NCBI GenBank assembly: GCA_964187785.1
Contig: OZ076421.1
Span: forward strand, 23,374,001-23,438,000
DNA length: 64,000 bases
Reading direction: 5' to 3'
Origin: Amphiscolops sp. MND2022
Lineage: Eukaryota
Below, piece after piece: positions 63,294-64,000 of the stretch; position 1 is the stretch's first letter; every line of letters begins with the position of its first letter. The notes beneath the pieces were generated by a model, which did not search any database, was not told the DNA's origin, and saw only the letters and a program-made list of their open reading frames with translations. Position numbers and translations under genes: made by a program.

Positions 63294-64000
63294 TTGTGTT
63301 CGCTGTTGTGATATATTTTGTAATTTATTTGTCAGTTCTTCAATTTCATGATTGCTCATGTTTTCTTTGCAGTTCATCTTGAAAATTGAATAGTTCCAAG
63401 TTAGATCAGAACTATTTCGTTTCGCCTTGAGTGTTAGCGGTCCTTTCTAAAGAACGTGGCAATAAAATTCGTATCCGGTCGTTTTCATCACAAGGCATTA
63501 AGTCTATAAGCCATATTTCAAATTTGGATGTTATGGCATCCAGATGACTGGACTGATTTGGGATTTGAATTATTGCGAGTCACGTCGGGCAGCTTTTGGT
63601 GCAGATTAAAATATTTGCAAAAATTTTCTGGTACTTTGGGAAAAGCTGTGGCAAAAATTTTGGTTAGGCAAGTTTTCACAGTTTTTAAACATATTTATGC
63701 TGTTCAATTTGCTTCATGCGTTGATATATTTGGCATTAGGTTGTCGGGTGTGGATTAGAGCATAAGTTGCGTTTGGGAACTTTTTTGCTTGTCTTTGTGC
63801 GTATTTTTGACAAAAATTCTAAAAATTTCAATTCAATAATGTTTGTAATTTTCACCACGAAGCAGAAATTCTCTTGAAACCTTATTCCGTGTGAAAAAGA
63901 CCTGCTTCTGATTTTGAGGTTAATAAAGCAAAGCCATCTAACTAAGAGGTAAGTCGTCCTCATGCAAAAGAGCGAAGAGCATGCCAAGACACCTAAACTA

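Overview
AT-rich, transposon-dense eukaryotic (invertebrate animal-like) genomic DNA, not prokaryotic. Two host genes can be reconstructed. One is a rhodopsin-class peptide-type GPCR whose two exons (10734-11211 and 32262-33814) are separated by a ~21 kb repeat-filled intron. The other is a four-exon nucleoporin NUP205 (54444-63293). The rest is mostly decayed mobile DNA: three CR1/L2-type LINEs (one carrying a virus-like 2A motif), Ty3/gypsy remnants and several MITEs with recognisable TIRs/TSDs. The most striking feature is a ~10.1 kb BEL/Pao LTR retrotransposon (42579-52722, minus strand). Each of its ~1.6 kb LTRs contains, antisense to gag-pol, a JmjC-domain (Fe(II)/2-oxoglutarate dioxygenase, histone-demethylase-like) reading frame with an intact HxD...H triad and a basic C-terminal tail. 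Also notable are a RAG1/Transib/Chapaev-like transposase tail apparently fused to a BRCT domain (1-1263) and a ~1.75 kb solo-LTR-like island carrying a small RING gene. All calls come from manual reading; no database searches were run, so boundaries of decayed elements and divergence values are approximate.
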